This document shows, piece by piece, positions 26,801-40,497 of a stretch of 64,000 nt of DNA (positions are counted from its first letter, which is position 1; each line of letters begins with the position of its first letter). The translations under genes were made by a program, and so were the position numbers. Location: NCBI GenBank assembly GCA_977016875.1, contig CDRNST010000088.1, forward strand, positions 1,736,001 through 1,800,000. The letters are read 5' to 3'. The notes under the pieces were generated by a model, which saw only the letters and a program-made list of their open reading frames with translations, did not search any database and had not been told where the DNA came from. This DNA is from Pavona decussata. Taxonomy: Eukaryota.

Positions 26801-29800
26801 AATATGGAGGACCAAGACGCCAGGGCAAGGCAACCTGGAAATTCCCAACCACCACCTTAAGGGTGGTTCTCTCGATAACTTCAAAGGTACTGTTTTCTTC
26901 TAATGATACACGAACTACACGCCACTAGTTCTCCTTCTCCGCCAGCCTGGTACTCCAGTAGCAAGAAAAAATTCAGGTTTTGTTTCAGACTAACAGCTAA
27001 CATGACACCTGCAGTTTCCAACTGTTGCAGCTCAATATTGTATAAATGAGGCCAATTTTGAAGGTCTTTTGTCCTAGCTATACAGCTCTCTGATATCGAC
27101 ATATAGTTTACTGTCCTTTCATCTGACAGCTCAATTTAAGGGTATCTCTTCACTCTTTACTCGAGTCGAGACTGTCATCCCTGATAAAGTAAAGTCCAGC
27201 TTTGCGCCATGTGCACCAATCCTTTATTGCAATTTTTTATGGCAGAGTCACTTCCGAGCCACTGTCCAGTGATTCATTTGTTTCAACTGGTGACAAACTA
27301 CTACCCTTCGCTAGGACCTTTACTGGAACAACGCTAAGACAGCCTCGCTCGCCGGTCCCAGTTGCAGCTGTTCAGTAGCTCCTTCACTTTCCACTCCACA
27401 CGTGTTACTGCTGGCATTAAACTCTTTCTCGTGGGGATTTGGCTGACTCTGCCCACCACTTGAAACATTAACGACTAGGGTTGGGGTTGGGTTGTTGTAT
27501 TCCTTATGGTAACCAGCCTTCTCACACCGTAAGTGAGTGCTGGGGCAGGATCTTGCGAAGTGGCCACTCTGCAGAAACATGATGCAGAGACGTCGTTCAT
27601 GCACCACCTTCCACTTGTCTTGATGAGACTAATTATTAATTTTTTCACATCTCCAAACTCCATGGTGACCACGACAAATGGCACAAACTAATCTGGCCTG
27701 TTTCACTCTACTAGAGTTACCTTGGACAACTGCAGTTAATGAGGTCAGTCTCTGAGGAACTCGACCCCTCTTAATCTTCGTTTCACACTCTCCCTTTCCT
27801 TTGAAGAGATGGAGGTCAGATCTTCTTCAAACGCATTGTTAACAAGTGCATCTCTGTTTCTTTCAAACGTCTCCGTGCATTCCGTCCATCTGATCCTCCG
27901 AAATAATGGCAGCTTCTTGTTAAGTTCTCTTAACATATTTGTATGATTCAAATCACTGACGTATTCAGGCCCCATGTCCGAAAGTGCCTATTAGTCCTAT
28001 TTAATGGCGGGAAAATCTAAGCTTGCTCCATCTGCTTGCTTCAAAGGGTGTAGATTCTCCAACTTCCTCATATTCACTTTGGATTTGATATGAGGAAGTA
28101 CCAAAGTTCTCACGCAAAGTGTTGTTAGCAACATAATAACCTTCATCCGCTGGAGGGTTCACACAACTTTCAATAGCATCTCTTGCTTTGCCAAAACAGT
28201 GTTGAATTAAGAGCTACAACCGTCTCGCATTGTCAGGATTTTCTTTCTCTAGGCAAGTCTCGAAGTTATGAATAAATAAAACATACTTGACATACCTGAC
28301 GTAATGCTCTTGCAATTTTTTCTCCAACTTTTTGCTTGAGCACCAAAGTCTTCTCAGGGGAGTGTGCCATTACCGATCTTGCAGTTGCTTGGGTAAAATT
28401 GTTAGGTGGGTTCACCAATGACGACTGAGGCAATTCTTGGATATGATGCTCGACTACACACGTCTTCGGAGGTTCAGGTGATTCTTGCGTACGACTCTCA
28501 GCTTCAACCACTGGCAACATCAGGACGGGTTCTTGGATGATTGAGGGTAGTTATACAGAGAAATATCCACCCACAGCTGTCCTTCAACTCTTCATCAACA
28601 TTAAAACTTACTGCTGCCCTTTCTTTCTCTACCTGAGCTTGCATAATTTCCTTTGCATATTGTACCTCGGACATTTTCCGCTTGAGCTCCTGTTCACGCA
28701 ATACTTGTTTAGTCTTAAGCTGAGCAAGAGCAAGTTGCTCCTTCTTCTTGGCTAGAGCTAACGGAACAGAACTTAAACCGGAAGATTTTCTTGTGCGACT
28801 GCTACTTGGTTTTCGTGAGGGCGACTTCCCTACTTGCTCCCTCTTCATAGGTTCGGCTTTCCACGACACAATCGTAGTGTCAAAGGTCAATTTCCGCGCC
28901 ATTTGCCCTTGATAACTCTTACGGGCCCTTTCTAGTTCCTCCATGTAATTAAGCACTTCAAGACATTCGACATATTCTTCATGAAAGTTCAACAATTTGC
29001 ACCGAACGTCGTCATATGATGTCTGTTTTGCCTTAGTTCAAATGTACCGAAATTCCGCAAGTAACCATTCTAACATTGTAAGAGGACCAGAATTACCAGT
29101 GCAAGAGTTGAACAGTGTTCTTGCCCTTTCGGCTCTATAGCTTTCAAATTCAAACCTTTTACTTGGCTGCTTTGCATGTGCACTTCTTCTCAATTCGACA
29201 GAGTTTCTAACAACAGATTACGACGTACATCTCCGAACTTTCTCTAAATACAACCTCCCAGCAACGGGAAGCGACCGCACAATCCACGCAATGAATTGAA
29301 AACAATAACTAACATAATAACAAACAATTTCTGTATCATAAAGCGATGATATGTTCAGTTTGAAAACAGAACACAGTTATCCTTTTCAACCAATTGTCCA
29401 AGAATATTTTAATCCACAACTCAAACCACAACGCAGTGCCAGTGATCGAAAAATAAATCATAAACATCGATTCAGTCGTTTTCTCGAAGCAAACGATTTA
29501 AATGATCCAAACACGTCACCAATCGACAAGGCAAACAAGTTCGAAAAGCGAAGCGCAATAACCATACTGTAGCAATTTCTCCCTGAAAACTTAAAACAAT
29601 CCAGGCTGCCTGAGCACGTTGCTGAGCAAGCAAAGTCCGCAATTCCACACGGTAAATGTTCAATCCGGACACAGAATAAACAAACTTCAAATGCAAATAG
29701 CGTCCAAAATCTCCATAAGAGTGTTCTCCCTGAGAACTAAATGATACAGGCGAGCCAAACCCTTGCCAAAGATCCAATAGAAGTGGAAAAATCCAAGTAA

Positions 29801-32800
29801 TGTTCTCCCTGAGGCACTCCTTCACGCGCTAGCTTCGAGACAGTGTTTCAACAGTAAGTTCCACAAACGAACTCGGTGAGTCACGGAAAAACTTGACTCC
29901 AATAAAAATGTACACAAACTGTTTACAAAACTTGAAAAACCTTCTTTCTGTACACAAATACACATTGAAAAACTGTCACTCTACGAACAACACGCAAACT
30001 ACAAGAAACGACAAAAAACCAACAACACGTGCAATTCCCAAAGGGGAATCACATGACCGGAACCGGAACTGAAACAAACGGTAGCCACAGCAGGGGTTTG
30101 CAAATGACTTTCTGTTAGAGATGTGACTTCTTAGCTGATATGCGTGACGTCGGCCCTTAATTAATCATATCAAGTCAGCAGGAGGAATCTATTTCATCCA
30201 GGAGCTATAATCAGGGAGGGACACCCAAACCGTGGGAGCCGATTCCACGCAACCCATGTAATGCAACAAATTTGCCGATTGTGAGGAAAAATTGCGCCAT
30301 CTTTGACGGCGTCATACACCCGTGCGAATACGCTCAAATTTGCTTGGGGCTACCACGTTATAAGAAAAGTAGTCCTGCGAGTTCGGTTCGGCGAAAGCAA
30401 GATTGTTTTCGCTTGATGCTAAAGTGCATTTACACGCTATTGTAACGTTAAAATTGTAACAGCTTTTCTCCATAATTATAGAATGTCATAGCGTTAATGT
30501 TAGCTACAGAAAATTCTGCTGTGCAGAAAACGCTACAACACACTTTCAGTGTGTGTTTTAATTTACTGCTGCACCTCTTTTATCTCTAAACTGGGTAACA
30601 GATACATAATTAGTTTTAAGCAGCCGTTTTGCTAAAAACCAATTAGTTGTTTGCAATATCAGGAAATGCAGCAACCAGTGAAAATTCAGTGGTATAGTTA
30701 ATCTACTAGTTGAATGGAGAAGTATTTGAAGACATTAAATGTAGTCATCCTTAGTGCATTCGAAGGAAATAATCACCTTTAATAAGAATTAGCAGTAACC
30801 ACAAAAGCATTCCTTTTTATGGCTTTCTTGACGCACAAAATGGAAACCAACTAATGTTGTGATAAAAGGAAGTAAATCCGGTATGTACCGACAATCACAA
30901 AGATTCTTCAATGTAACCAAGAGTAATGTATGATCGCAGCACCTAGTAGGAATAACATTATGTCCACAATCAACGTGTGAAATGGTGAGGAAAATCCCAA
31001 GTAAGCTGAGAGTTGTATTAATTGTAACCAACTGCAGAAATGGCGAAAAATCTATCTCTGGGAACTATCGAGGCGCCCACTGTTGTTCTGGACGCTTGAA
31101 ACACACAGTTTCCAGAATTCGCACTGCTAATATCCAAATTGAAAAGTTTCATGACTTTTTGGAAATAATTAAAGTAGGCATCATCTCACTCGATTGGAGG
31201 GACTGTAATATTTGCGTCCTCCCCAAACCAAACAAATACCATAGGTTACTGAAAAGATACCACGTAATACCTATGGAATAATTTATAATTCGGCATTTTC
31301 TTGCAGTAGCGTAGCTCTTGCTAAATAGTTTTCACCTGAAAGAGTATCTCCTATACCACTTATTTGTCTGTGCAATTTCCATAAGTCTACCCAAACGATC
31401 CCATAATCCATCACTCTTACAAGTCTCACCGTAGTTTCTGGAGTGGGGAATTGTGATGGTATCTGGCAAAGGTCTGTCCTTTGTTATTAAATTACAGTGT
31501 TCACAATTTTCAACTACCTATATTAACTTCAACACATTATCAAACTGATTAAAAGGGTAGGTAAGGCTCATCATGAATGTCTAATTAATGTACTCATACA
31601 CAACAATTGCAGCTGGAAACATTATTTATAATCAGTGAAGTTTGAATTTGAAAAAATCAATCCTTCAAGCCTGACCCGTGTAAGAACTTTGGGCTTACGC
31701 TTTGGGAATGCTTTGTAAATGTTAGCAGGTCTGCAGATTTTTCTTGTTCAAAATTATGTAACGACCCGTGTGCTACGCCATATCAGCAAATCTTTACGTA
31801 CAATAATTTTACTGGAGCCCCATTCGATCAGAACATTTTTGTTCTTGCTCTTTATTAGTAATGCTGATCGTCAGAGTCGGTAAAAGGCATCGTTTTAGGT
31901 CTAAAGAAACATATTTTTTAAGAGAAAAGGGGAAGTTAATAATCACATACCTTGTCAAAATTCCAATCAAGACGAGCCTTACCTACCCTTTTAACTAGTT
32001 TGATAAAGTTTTTAAAGCTTATCGGTACTCGAAAATTGTTCACATGTACAACTGTTTTGTAGATGAAGCAAAAGGGCTTTACTGTTCCTGGGTATCGCAA
32101 GATACCCGAGGCCAAGCTGGATGAAAGGACCCGCCTTTACCTGAACATGCTGGTGCGAGACAACTTGGTGGTAAGTCAATCACAAGTGCATAGGGAAAAC
32201 CTGTCCCATTCATAAAATTGTTAATTTCAATTAGTAAAATAGTATGCATAGTGGATAAGCTTAAATAATAAAGTGACCTTCATCAAGAATGAAAGATAAT
32301 ACACACTTGTTCAAAAATGAAAATGCTGCAAATACCTCAAAGGCAGCCATATAACACTAATCTCAAATTCTAAAACTGCGTCAAAAAACTTCTCAGATTC
32401 ATAATAATTCATTCAAATAATGAATTATGACGAGTGAAAGAGCAGTCATATCAACAACTCGTGCTTCGTGTTTCAAAAAAGGTTTTGACGAAACAAAAAA
32501 AGCAGGAGGCCGCCGGCCGAGTGCTTTCATCAGTTGCTCGGGTTTTTGAACATCTGACGAAACATTGGCACTCCGACGTTGTTTATATATTACTTCTCAA
32601 CCTCGGTAATAATCCATGAAGGAGGTTTCGAAACGTCATCTTAATTATCATATAATTTGGTGACCTTTTGCATTAAATTTCTCCAAGAATTTTTAATGGC
32701 TTGAGAAGCTATATCAAACGCTTGAAAGAGTGTTTCATCTTATTTCGATCCAAACTCTATCAAACACTCTTCCTCTTGTTTGACATATTTAATCTGATTT

Positions 32801-33509
32801 CTTTTGACAATATCGAAACAGAATCGAATATACTGGTTTATAACAATTTAGAAAAATGTGGCTGGTGAGTTATTGTCTTATTCAAAATTTCTCAAGTTTG
32901 AACCGTTCAAAGTTGGCTAAGTCACTAACCAGCGAACTAAGAGATTAACTAACAATTGTATGTAGGCATGTAGGTCTAAATTGACAATGAAATTGGTGAC
33001 AAATTTGAACTCTCAAAACATATACTTTTTGATAAATTAAAGACTAGTCATGTAGAGCTTAACATTTGCTGATTATCTCAACCTATTTAATAGGACAGAC
33101 AGCATTACAGTCGGTATTATAGAGATGAGGATTGTAGGAATTGGGTGGTATCTTCAGTACTACGAGAACTGTCCGTAACAGAGAGGTCTTCTATTATGGA
33201 GGTGTTCGTAAAGGGAGGTTCGACTGTATATACACGAAAATATTCACACACCAGCCTAGTTCCTATGGGGGGAGTGACATTGATCGCCAATTTATGCAAA
33301 CAAAGGCTGAAACACCTAGTATCAAACAATATTTTAAAACCATTTCTTGGAAACGCTCTCAAGCGGTGCTCTCAAAATTTAACTTCTTCCCCTTTACTTT
33401 TGTATTACAGACATTAACGATCACAGATAACGTGGTTAAGATATACCGGAACTACGTCATCGTGTACATGCTTCATGACGTCATCATTGACATTGACCCT
33501 TGTTTGTAG
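20811..33509 (+). CDS. Gene A: secreted 218-aa predicted helical-bundle (cytokine-like) protein. Coding exons 20811-20987, 21278-21379, 23127-23297, 32063-32170, 33411-33509
   Basis: Spliced product: [59 protein letters not shown]|[34 protein letters not shown]|[57 protein letters not shown]|[36 protein letters not shown]|[32 protein letters not shown]. It has a signal peptide, all introns are GT-AG phase 0, it is homologous exon by exon to B/C, and AATAAA is at 33787. The first donor (GTTTCT) is weak. Confidence 0.85.
23727..30089 (-). mobile_element. Degenerate BEL/Pao LTR retrotransposon, antisense within the third coding intron of gene A
   Basis: Minus-strand fragments: gag knuckle [17 protein letters not shown]; [25 protein letters not shown]; [18 protein letters not shown]; KHPIILP; integrase [32 protein letters not shown] and [18 protein letters not shown]. 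Probable 5' LTR at ~29844-30089; a short LTR remnant gttcca.aaacgaactcggtgag at ~23740. Many stops and frameshifts; no TSD found. Confidence 0.92.
31498..32044. mobile_element. Foldback/MITE-like element with ~75-bp imperfect inverted arms
   Basis: 31498-31572 (..ttatcaaactgattaaaagggtaggtaaggctcatc) is the inverted match of 31971-32044 (gacgagccttacctacccttttaactagtttgataa..). Confidence 0.7.
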
Positions 33510-34669
33510 CTGACGGATTGAAAACGCAGAAGACGGAGCCAAACACTGATTTACCTTAGCTTGCCAATTAGCTAGTTGACAGAACAGTTTTTAAACTAAA
33601 CGTAAACAAAGAATTAGAGTACGCAGTGCGAATTTCTAAAGTGCAAACAAACAGTTATATGCTGAGTAAGTGTGTGCTAGTCGCAATTTCTTTTACATTT
33701 GACGGATATGGTGTATCCATAGAAGATAAGACATGTTTCTGTTTCTTTGTTTGCTGATTAACGTATATGTTTGTTCGTTAATTTTCAATAAAACATATTT
33801 CCATTCTGAGTCTTTGACGGGCAGTTATATCCATACAGTGATTTGTTTCGTTATCTTTACCTCAAGATACAAGAGTGGCACGTAGTTTCCGAATTTTGTA
33901 GCATGGAAGAGAAATAAAACAGAACGAACGATAGTTGGAAGTTTGGTATGTGTCGTGCTTGAAAGATAGGCTGTGGAAAGTCTTAGTTTTTAGGTATAAT
34001 TTACCGTTACGTTTGTTAAGAGTTTTACAAGTTGATGGGGTGTGAGGAGAAAAAAGTTGTACCTGACTGCAGGGAGAGTTTTAAGGTGCAAAGCAGAAAA
34101 AACCGTCCCGGACACTTTCACAATCTGGTGCAGCTTTACTCATTGACCAAGAAAACTATTCACGTTCATAAGGCTTAGGACGTTTTTTGACACACGTGTT
34201 CAGTTGTTATCAAACCACAATGGCCGATTTAGTTGAGAGTCGATAATAACTGCTTAAGCCCTCTAAACGTTGGGCCCTAACTGGCTTATGGCCCCTGGTT
34301 CCCCAGTCAGTTGTACCAGGGAAACGACTACACTGGAGACCAGCTGAAATAGGGCCTCTTTCTCTGTACAAAATGCTCGCCTTGCTCTTGTTTCTGCCAA
34401 AAATTATTTTCCACAAGACTTCCAGAGGCTTTGCATCAAAATTGGGGACCATCTCTTTCCTTTTACAGACAGGCCGACAATTTGTTTTAAAAAGTTACAT
34501 TACAAAGAAATGTCGCCCATTTTAATCATTCCCCGTTGTGTAAAATCTGTAACCGTTAGTTAAATTGCCCGCTTTGTTCCAAAAGTCGTTCATTCAAGTT
34601 ACTCCGGGACGAGTTAAGAGTAGCCTGCTGAGGTTCCACGGAGTAAAAATTACTAGGAAAGACATTGAT

Positions 34670-35245
34670 TACGGGCGATTTGTAAGCGACCACCCAAAAT
34701 GACCCAAAATGTCAAGCCTAGGTGGTCGCTTACGAAAGGTCAGACAACAAGGGGTCTAAATTTTTGAACTCATTAGCATAAAGTGACTCCAGAGATAAGT
34801 AGTAAACTTTCCAAAATTACATTGCCAAAGAATTTCAGTATCCGAGTTGATGGTTTTTCTGTGATAAGTTACCTAATACGGCGAATGGGACAGGTCTATT
34901 TCGGTGAGACTACGTATATTTGGGGAAACCCGGTACCTCCGATTGCGACATTCATGTCTCCTGTACTACCCGAGAATGTACATGTGATAATGTTGCAAAG
35001 GCAAATTGTCCAACTCCCGACAAGGGATAGATATTAGGACTCGTACGTCACAAATCAGAGTCGCTTGCGGGAGGTTAAAAACAAAAGATAATTGCAAACT
35101 GTATCTCTAAAAGTGGTCGCGGTCGCCTACGAGAGGTGGTCGATTACGAGAAGTTCCAACTATAGTAACTTGCCTGGGAAAATTTTGGTATTTTGCAAAA
35201 ATGGTCGCACAAGAGAGGTGGTCGTAAGGGGAGGTTCGACTGTAT
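34670..35245. mobile_element. Tc1/pogo-type MITE remnant, with a related end at ~33110-33230
   Basis: Terminus ggaggttcgactgTA occurs at 35230-35244 and 33214-33228. Internal gtaagcgaccacc / ggtggtcgcttac repeats. Confidence 0.55.
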
Positions 35246-38200
35246 ATCGTTTGCAAATGCAAAACGTATTTAAAACATGTTTGAAGGAAGTCAGATAAAG
35301 TTATAAACTATTCAAAGACAGTTATTGCAGAAGCCAATCACTTACTAAAAATGATAGACAAAATGAATCGAAGTGGTCTTGGTCAATATCCATTACTTGT
35401 TCATTGAAACGCTAATGTTGCAGTAGAAAGATGAACTGAGTCATGCGTTAGTTTAAAAATTCTATAATACAAACAAGAATTCTCATTCAGTTCTCATGCA
35501 AACATAACCCTCTATTTTTTGATAGTGGCACAAATAATGATTCCTTTGTTTGTGCATGGTGAAAAAGCACTGTTATTGTTTCACTTATAATGAGCTATGC
35601 CACAAAATAAAGCCTATCTAGTTAAAACAGACTGGGAGATGAGAGAGACACAAACGGCACTTTACACTGAAAAGATCTCTGCGGCAATAGATCTCCTGTA
35701 TAAAGATGACAACTCTGAGTACAATTATAAACTTTACAAAGTTAAATTTATCCCAAATTATCCTCCTGTGGTGGATCAGTATTACTGAGCAGATAGCTCA
35801 TCAGAAGACCAATCGCTGTCTGTTTCTTCATTGTCTGTGCTTGTTTCAGATTATTTGAACTTTGATGGACGGGCGCACATTCTTTTGCAGCCATATCCAC
35901 ATTAACGGAATCACCACATATTTCTTCCTCCATGGCGTTTGGGCAATTTAATCGTCTACAGCACGATTTCTTTTTCTCTTTTCTTTTTGCCGGAAAAAAA
36001 TTAATGTTTCCGCGCTTAAGAAGATCACCAGACATCGTTAAAAAAAATGTTTTTGTGAAGGTGCTTTTGAAATACAAAGGCGGGTAAATAAAAACAAAAC
36101 TGTTGGCAGACGAAAATTTCTCATCCTGTCCCCCCTCCCCCCCCCCCCCCTTCCCCGCTCCCTCCAGGAAAATAATGGTCCGTCCATAAGTTTTGGTGAC
36201 CGCTTCCCGACATAGTTTGAACCCAATTCAAACATTAGCATATATTTGACAATAACAAGAATCTAGATCATCACTAAAGCTAGCTATTGAGTATGTCTGA
36301 AGTCGTTTTAATATTAAGAATAGCTTTGAGAGGCCATTTTAATATTGATGATTTGTTTGTTGAATATTGTCTTGATTTGGTGTTGGAAAATATTGGTTGA
36401 CAGGTTAAATTGTGAGAGAGTTAAGAGGGATCATCCGTGTGCTCTTATTTCTCTCAACAGCAATGACGCTCACGGAAAGCGTTAAACATGTGTAGTTTTC
36501 TCTGCCCTAATGTTGTTAGACAAATATTTTTCAAAATTCTTCTTTCTGTCATCGAAGATGATTAAAAAGAAGAATTCACGTGACAGAGTTGTGGGATATT
36601 TTAGGGGCAGTTCCAGTGTCACGCACCCACTGTAATACTACTTCCTATCGAATCGAACTGATCCCAAACGTATCGATTCATTCATCTGAACTCAGATACT
36701 CGAAGGGAAACATTTATTATATACGAAATGAATCTCCTCACTGCAATGTACGGAAACACCTACAATAAGACTGACCTTAAGCGGATGTGACGGAGTTCAA
36801 CATACAAATTTCAGGCGGACGGGAAGTATATTCCATTATTTGGCCATTGTCTTGAAACCGGTATCAACTCCCCCCCCCCCCCCTCCCCCCACCCCATCAT
36901 CGGCACGGCGGGAGCGAAAATCATGTTTAATAAAACGTTTTTGCTAGAATAAAGTTTGACTGTAGCAGACTGCTGTGCTCTTAATAGAGTCAGTCTTCGC
37001 AGGGTCGCACCTACCCACCCACGGTTCGATCGAGTACCCCCTCCCCCCTCTGGCCCTCTTGGAAACGCGAAAAACAATAAGTAGTAAGACCCTGACTGAA
37101 GAAAAATTGTGCGTTTCGAAATATTTAATTTTCAAACATATTTTGCCAGCTGTGAAATTAGCCTCGCTTTTTTATCAAATTGTTCTGTAATTTAATTCCT
37201 GATTCCGGATAGTTTGCTACAAGACCCGGTATTTCTATTTCTCTGCGGTAGTGCATGCAAATACAGTTACATGTCAACATTTACCTCTTTTGTTCAACTA
37301 TCGTTTCACAACAAATAAAGTGTCGCTTGATGTTTTTTCTTTGTACGTTGGCTAGATTTCAAAATACTCGGGCCCACTTGACAGTCAACTTAAAAACCTA
37401 CTCCCGCAGTTCCACAGTCGTCAAACGTTCAAGCCAGAGTTTACGATAAAGAAGCAACTTAGCGTTACGTGCCGCCAGAACAAACTGTCAACTGGCCAAT
37501 ATGACTGTTTCTCGTTCCTCGAAATATAAACTATATTCAACAGTCATCGACTTCGGGACTGCGAGACTGCGGGAGCTTTTTTATGTTCAACGGAATAGAG
37601 CCTGAAACGTCTTTGTTCTACTCGTCAGAACTGACCTATATAGTCATTAAATATGATAACAGTCAGCTCGCAACTTTATAGCTACAGTTCAGTGATGATT
37701 GTTTAAATCAAAAGTTGTTTAAATCCGAAGTTATGTAGAGTTGTTCATCTAAATTCATTTTCACGAAATCGACTGATGTCATTCAAACAATCGTTCAGAA
37801 ATAGAACATGATAATGGCCTGGAAATCAGAGCGCTCTTTCACCCACGTCATAGGGCCACACGCAAGTATGGAACAGAAAAAGTTTTCCCCTAAATATAAA
37901 AGGAACCAGATTAACTTCCTCTCATGAAGGAGCAAAGGTCAATGTGTGCTTCATGTCAGTAGGAAGAAATTTAAACATTTAAAGTAAACACCTTTGTTAG
38001 GACATATCATTGTATGATCAAACAAGCGACTTGGATTCTATTTCAGACGCTTAAAGCACTTTTAACTTTACTTGACCTCGGCCTCGGCATGCTTCTGTGA
38101 TTAGTTGATAAGTGATATCGGCTGTTCTTGTCAGTTTTATTTTACTGAATGACAGTCAAGGTCATGAAAACATGAACGGAAGGCATTTTGTTCGTGGTTA

Positions 38201-39601
38201 CTTTAGTATATGTCATTATTTTTTTTTTTCTGTCGCGCAATTGACTAAGTTTGATACATTAAAAAATTGTTGCAGAGAATTGAATAGCGTTGTGGAATGT
38301 GTAGTAAATATTTTAAAACATTAAAGGGTAAGGGGCTTTATAAGCCTTTCAATAATTTCTATGGGTCGTATTAACTTATAAATGGCTAGAGTTGGACCGA
38401 GCTAAATCTAACCTTTGGCTCACACTTTAACGCGTCTTTCTTGAGTTTCCGTTGGAATTGGTCAACCGTCATTCTCAAGGGTAAAAATTAAGAAATCATT
38501 CAAACTTTTTCATTTGACACGCGCAAATAGTTGAATTGTGTTACGGGAATGAAGAACGGTCCCTCGATCGCTTTACTGAAAGGAACTTTATATCTGGTCA
38601 GGCTCGTAAAGAAGCCGCTTAAGTAACCATGGAAAACACTGATGACTTAAGTAAATCACTTTACGCCCAATTTTTGTCGGAGATTAGCCCCGATTGAAAC
38701 CACATATAATTATAGTCTAAAGCTGCTAATATTTTGACATTGATTTACATGACTGCAAAGTAAAGCAACATCGCTTTTCGATCGGATTCGTAGTTTGTTC
38801 ATCGATTTCATCTACTTCCGATACCGAAATGTAAGACAAGGAGAACGCTATCTCGCTCTATGTTGACTTCAGTTCGCATCTTCATCGCGGAACACGCTCA
38901 CGGCATTCAACATGGTCTTGCGCTAAATTAAACTAGTTCATGTTCTCTCAGTGCTTCAAACACGACTGACAACGTAATCATTCAGAGAATAGTCTGTGAC
39001 TTTCCTTTGACATTTTAAATTTGTGGTTAATCCAGACTGACTGAGTATAGACAATTTTAAAATTCGGTACGTAGATAACCAATGTCAGGTGTAGGTTTTC
39101 CGTATTAAAAACCCAGTATTAACTGGTGTCGGTCTTTAGCGGACTAATGAATATATGTGCTTTTAGTCGGGCAAACAAAACTGTCCGTAACAAGCGGGTG
39201 TCCGTAAAGCGGGCTTACCGCACTGTTATCTTAAATAAAGCCCGTGATATTTTACCATCATAAAAAAATTAAATATCGCATATGCGTCGGATCCGTAGCG
39301 TTGTACTTTAATTGACTTCGGATATGACGAGGAAATCGTGCATGCTTTATTGCCGCTCCACAAAATTACGTTTTCTCTTAGATTTCTTGTTATCATCAAA
39401 CATGGGCTAATAATAGCACTGAGATGTCCGTAACAAGGAAATCGGTTTGCTGTGACAAAATGAGTTTATTTATGACGCAGTTTGCTATAGCCGCCATCAA
39501 TGTTCCCTACACGAAACCGCGTCAGTCGTATCCGATTGAAATTAAGTTCCTGCTTACCTTTTTGTCGTAACCTTAAGGTGGATTATGAAGTTGGTTGATA
39601 A

Positions 39602-39988
39602 TGTTAGCAAAGGTTATCCTTAGAAGGCTTGGCAATATTTAAACTTTCACTGAAGAATTTATACTGTTTCTAAAGCCGCAAACAAACTGAGTTACTTCCA
39701 GAATCTCAGCATTGCGGAATATTCAGTGTTAAGTAAGAATTTTGACATAAAACAATTTACCCGAAAAATAAGCCCGATCCATGCTCCTTTGCTGTTAGCG
39801 AAGGTTATCCTGGCTTAGAAGTCTAGGTAACATTTGAAATTTCACGGAATAATTTACGTTTCGTCAAATTTCTAAACCAAGCAAACTGAGTTACTTCCAG
39901 AATCTCAGCATTGCGGAATATTCCAGCGTTAAGGAAAAATTTGACATTAAACAATTTACCCGAAAAATGAGCCCGATCCATGTTCCTT
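39602..39988 (+). repeat. Tandem ~190-bp duplication in the gene B promoter (single copy in C at 53063-53256)
   Basis: tgttagc.aaggttatcc...ttacttccagaatctcagcattgcggaatatt...tttacccgaaaaat.agcccgatccatg occurs twice (from 39602 and from 39793). Confidence 0.85.
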
Positions 39989-40106
39989 GTGAGACGTGAA
40001 CTGACGCGGCAGAAACACTTGTTGAAGCTTCCAAGAATACAACATGATTTAGAATGCAAGGCAAAGAGACAACGTGTCATGAGAAAAAAGCTGACGATGC
40101 ATTTAA

Positions 40107-40468
40107 AGGGGAAGTATCATGGGGTTTTTGATATCTTTTGCTAAAAATGATGAAATAAGACCTTCAATCACCTGCCAAATAATTCTAGAATGACTAGAGG
40201 AACGAAATCAACTCAATTCTTGAAAGAAACAACTTGTGATCTGTTCTAGCGCATTTTGGAAACAAAAATGCGAGAACTTGAAAAACATTAGCCTAATAGT
40301 TCCAATCCAAACTGGCCTACCCTGTCTCCGGCCAGAGGCACTAATCGACAGTTTTATTGCACTGGGGTGATAATTTTTAACAAACTTGACAATTATTTCG
40401 TTTTTTCTGCTGACAGTCAAACATTTTTGGGTTTTGAAATGACAGCAAGTTTTCGTGATACTTCCCCT
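40107..40468. mobile_element. TTAA-targeting MITE (Kolobok-like termini) just upstream of the gene B TATA box
   Basis: TTAA|aggggaagtatca ... tgatacttcccct|TTAA; absent from the C promoter. Confidence 0.85.
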
Positions 40469-40497
40469 TTAACACACACAGCTTCCTCTCAGATTGG

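Noticed and set aside
35748-36077. 109-aa minus-strand ORF
   Set aside because: It begins in a MITE-like repeat, has no recognisable domain and has no supporting exons.
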